A stretch of 64,000 bases of DNA, taken from Lama guanicoe (Eukaryota). Shown here one piece after another: positions 63,209-64,000 of this stretch. A program made the position numbers and the translations under genes. Position 1 is the stretch's first letter, and each line of letters begins with the position of its first letter. The stretch covers positions 6,618,626 through 6,682,625 of the forward strand of contig MU054220.1 in the NCBI GenBank assembly GCA_013239625.1. The letters run 5' to 3'. The notes beneath the pieces are model-generated. The model had not been told where the DNA came from, did no database searches, and saw nothing but the letters and a program-made list of their open reading frames with translations.

Positions 63209-63723
63209 AAAGTCAGGAAAAAGCACTTAACGTAAAAGAAAGCCAAAAATGTCTATTAATATGATGCTGCTAGGGACTGTTGTGTTTACTTATTTGTGCA
63301 TAACATGATGCTAATGCCATTAAAGGAGCAATCACGGAGCAGATGTGCTTAAACCTCAGCGTTTGATTGAACATGACACACTTTCGCTAGAATACTATGC
63401 TCACTCGTAATTTTACGTGAACAGACTTGCTCGGGGATAAATTTTAAAATAAAGAAATGTGCAGGGTAACAATCTTGCAAATTGGAAACAGCTTTAAAAA
63501 TGCTTAAATATAGGTGCAGAAATGACAGGGGTCATTTTATTACAAAGTCTGATGTGCGCTCAAATACAACTAAACTGAACACAAAATTTACACATCAGTG
63601 GTTTCCACTGGGTTAAAAATTTGTCATTAAATGTGATTGGTTTTGTCCATAGTTTTGCAGTACATTTTCATACTGAATATTATAAACAAAATAGTTTTGT
63701 GGTCATTTGTTTGTTTGTTATAC

Positions 63724-63840
63724 TAAGGTGACCAACTGTCTTGGTTTGCCTGGGACTGTAGGGCAGTGTTTCAGAAACTTGGAAGTTTTAGTGATAAACT
63801 TAGGAAGTTCTGGGCAAAATGGGACAAGTCGTTCATTCTA
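63724..63840 (+). mobile_element. MER81 hAT-Blackjack MITE
   Basis: TAAGGTGACCAACTGTCTTGGTTTGCCTGGGACTG...GGGCAAAATGGGACAAG...CATTCTA; flanking direct repeat GTTATAC. Confidence 0.8.
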
Positions 63841-64000
63841 GTTATACCCCTTGAACCCTATAGTTACGTGAGAAAGTGTTTTAGAAATCACTGTGCTAAG
63901 TTCTGTGTCCTTAATAAGGCTGTAATTAATTGCAAGAAGTTCACCTAGTCCACTGGGTTTCAATTCTGGCTCTGCATTATAATTATCTCCGGAGGGTTTT

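Noticed and set aside
1..64000. CRISPR arrays, operons or prokaryotic defence systems
   Set aside because: The sequence is mammalian; there are no regularly spaced repeat-spacer arrays or dense coding regions.

Overview
Mammalian non-coding genomic DNA, most likely camelid (alpaca/llama/camel). The species call rests on tRNA-Ala-derived Vic-1-type SINEs and the cetartiodactyl-type L1 3' ends. I recognise no host protein-coding exon; the window reads as a large intron or intergenic region. It is densely filled with transposable-element relics (L1, L2, CR1/L3, MIR, ERV1 and MaLR solo LTRs, hAT DNA transposons) and microsatellites. The only ORFs in the track with real protein homology are L1 ORF1/ORF2 fragments. 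Family names are from remembered consensus sequences, not a database search, and boundaries of old repeats are approximate. Best observations: (1) a ~250-bp inverted duplication of a SINE plus its unique 5' flank, 13.3 kb apart (8565-8823 / 22085-22331), with a fold-back palindrome at one junction; (2) a TSD-bounded 3-kb L1 keeping 5'UTR, ORF1 and 3' end but lacking nearly all of ORF2, with a splice-like junction (HAL1-like or spliced L1); (3) a near-perfect 248-bp tandem duplication containing a 31-nt exon-like unit; (4) a degraded RTE-clade reverse-transcriptase relic with three ordered motifs; (5) three independent twin-primed L1 insertions. I cannot support a wholly new biological system from the sequence alone.
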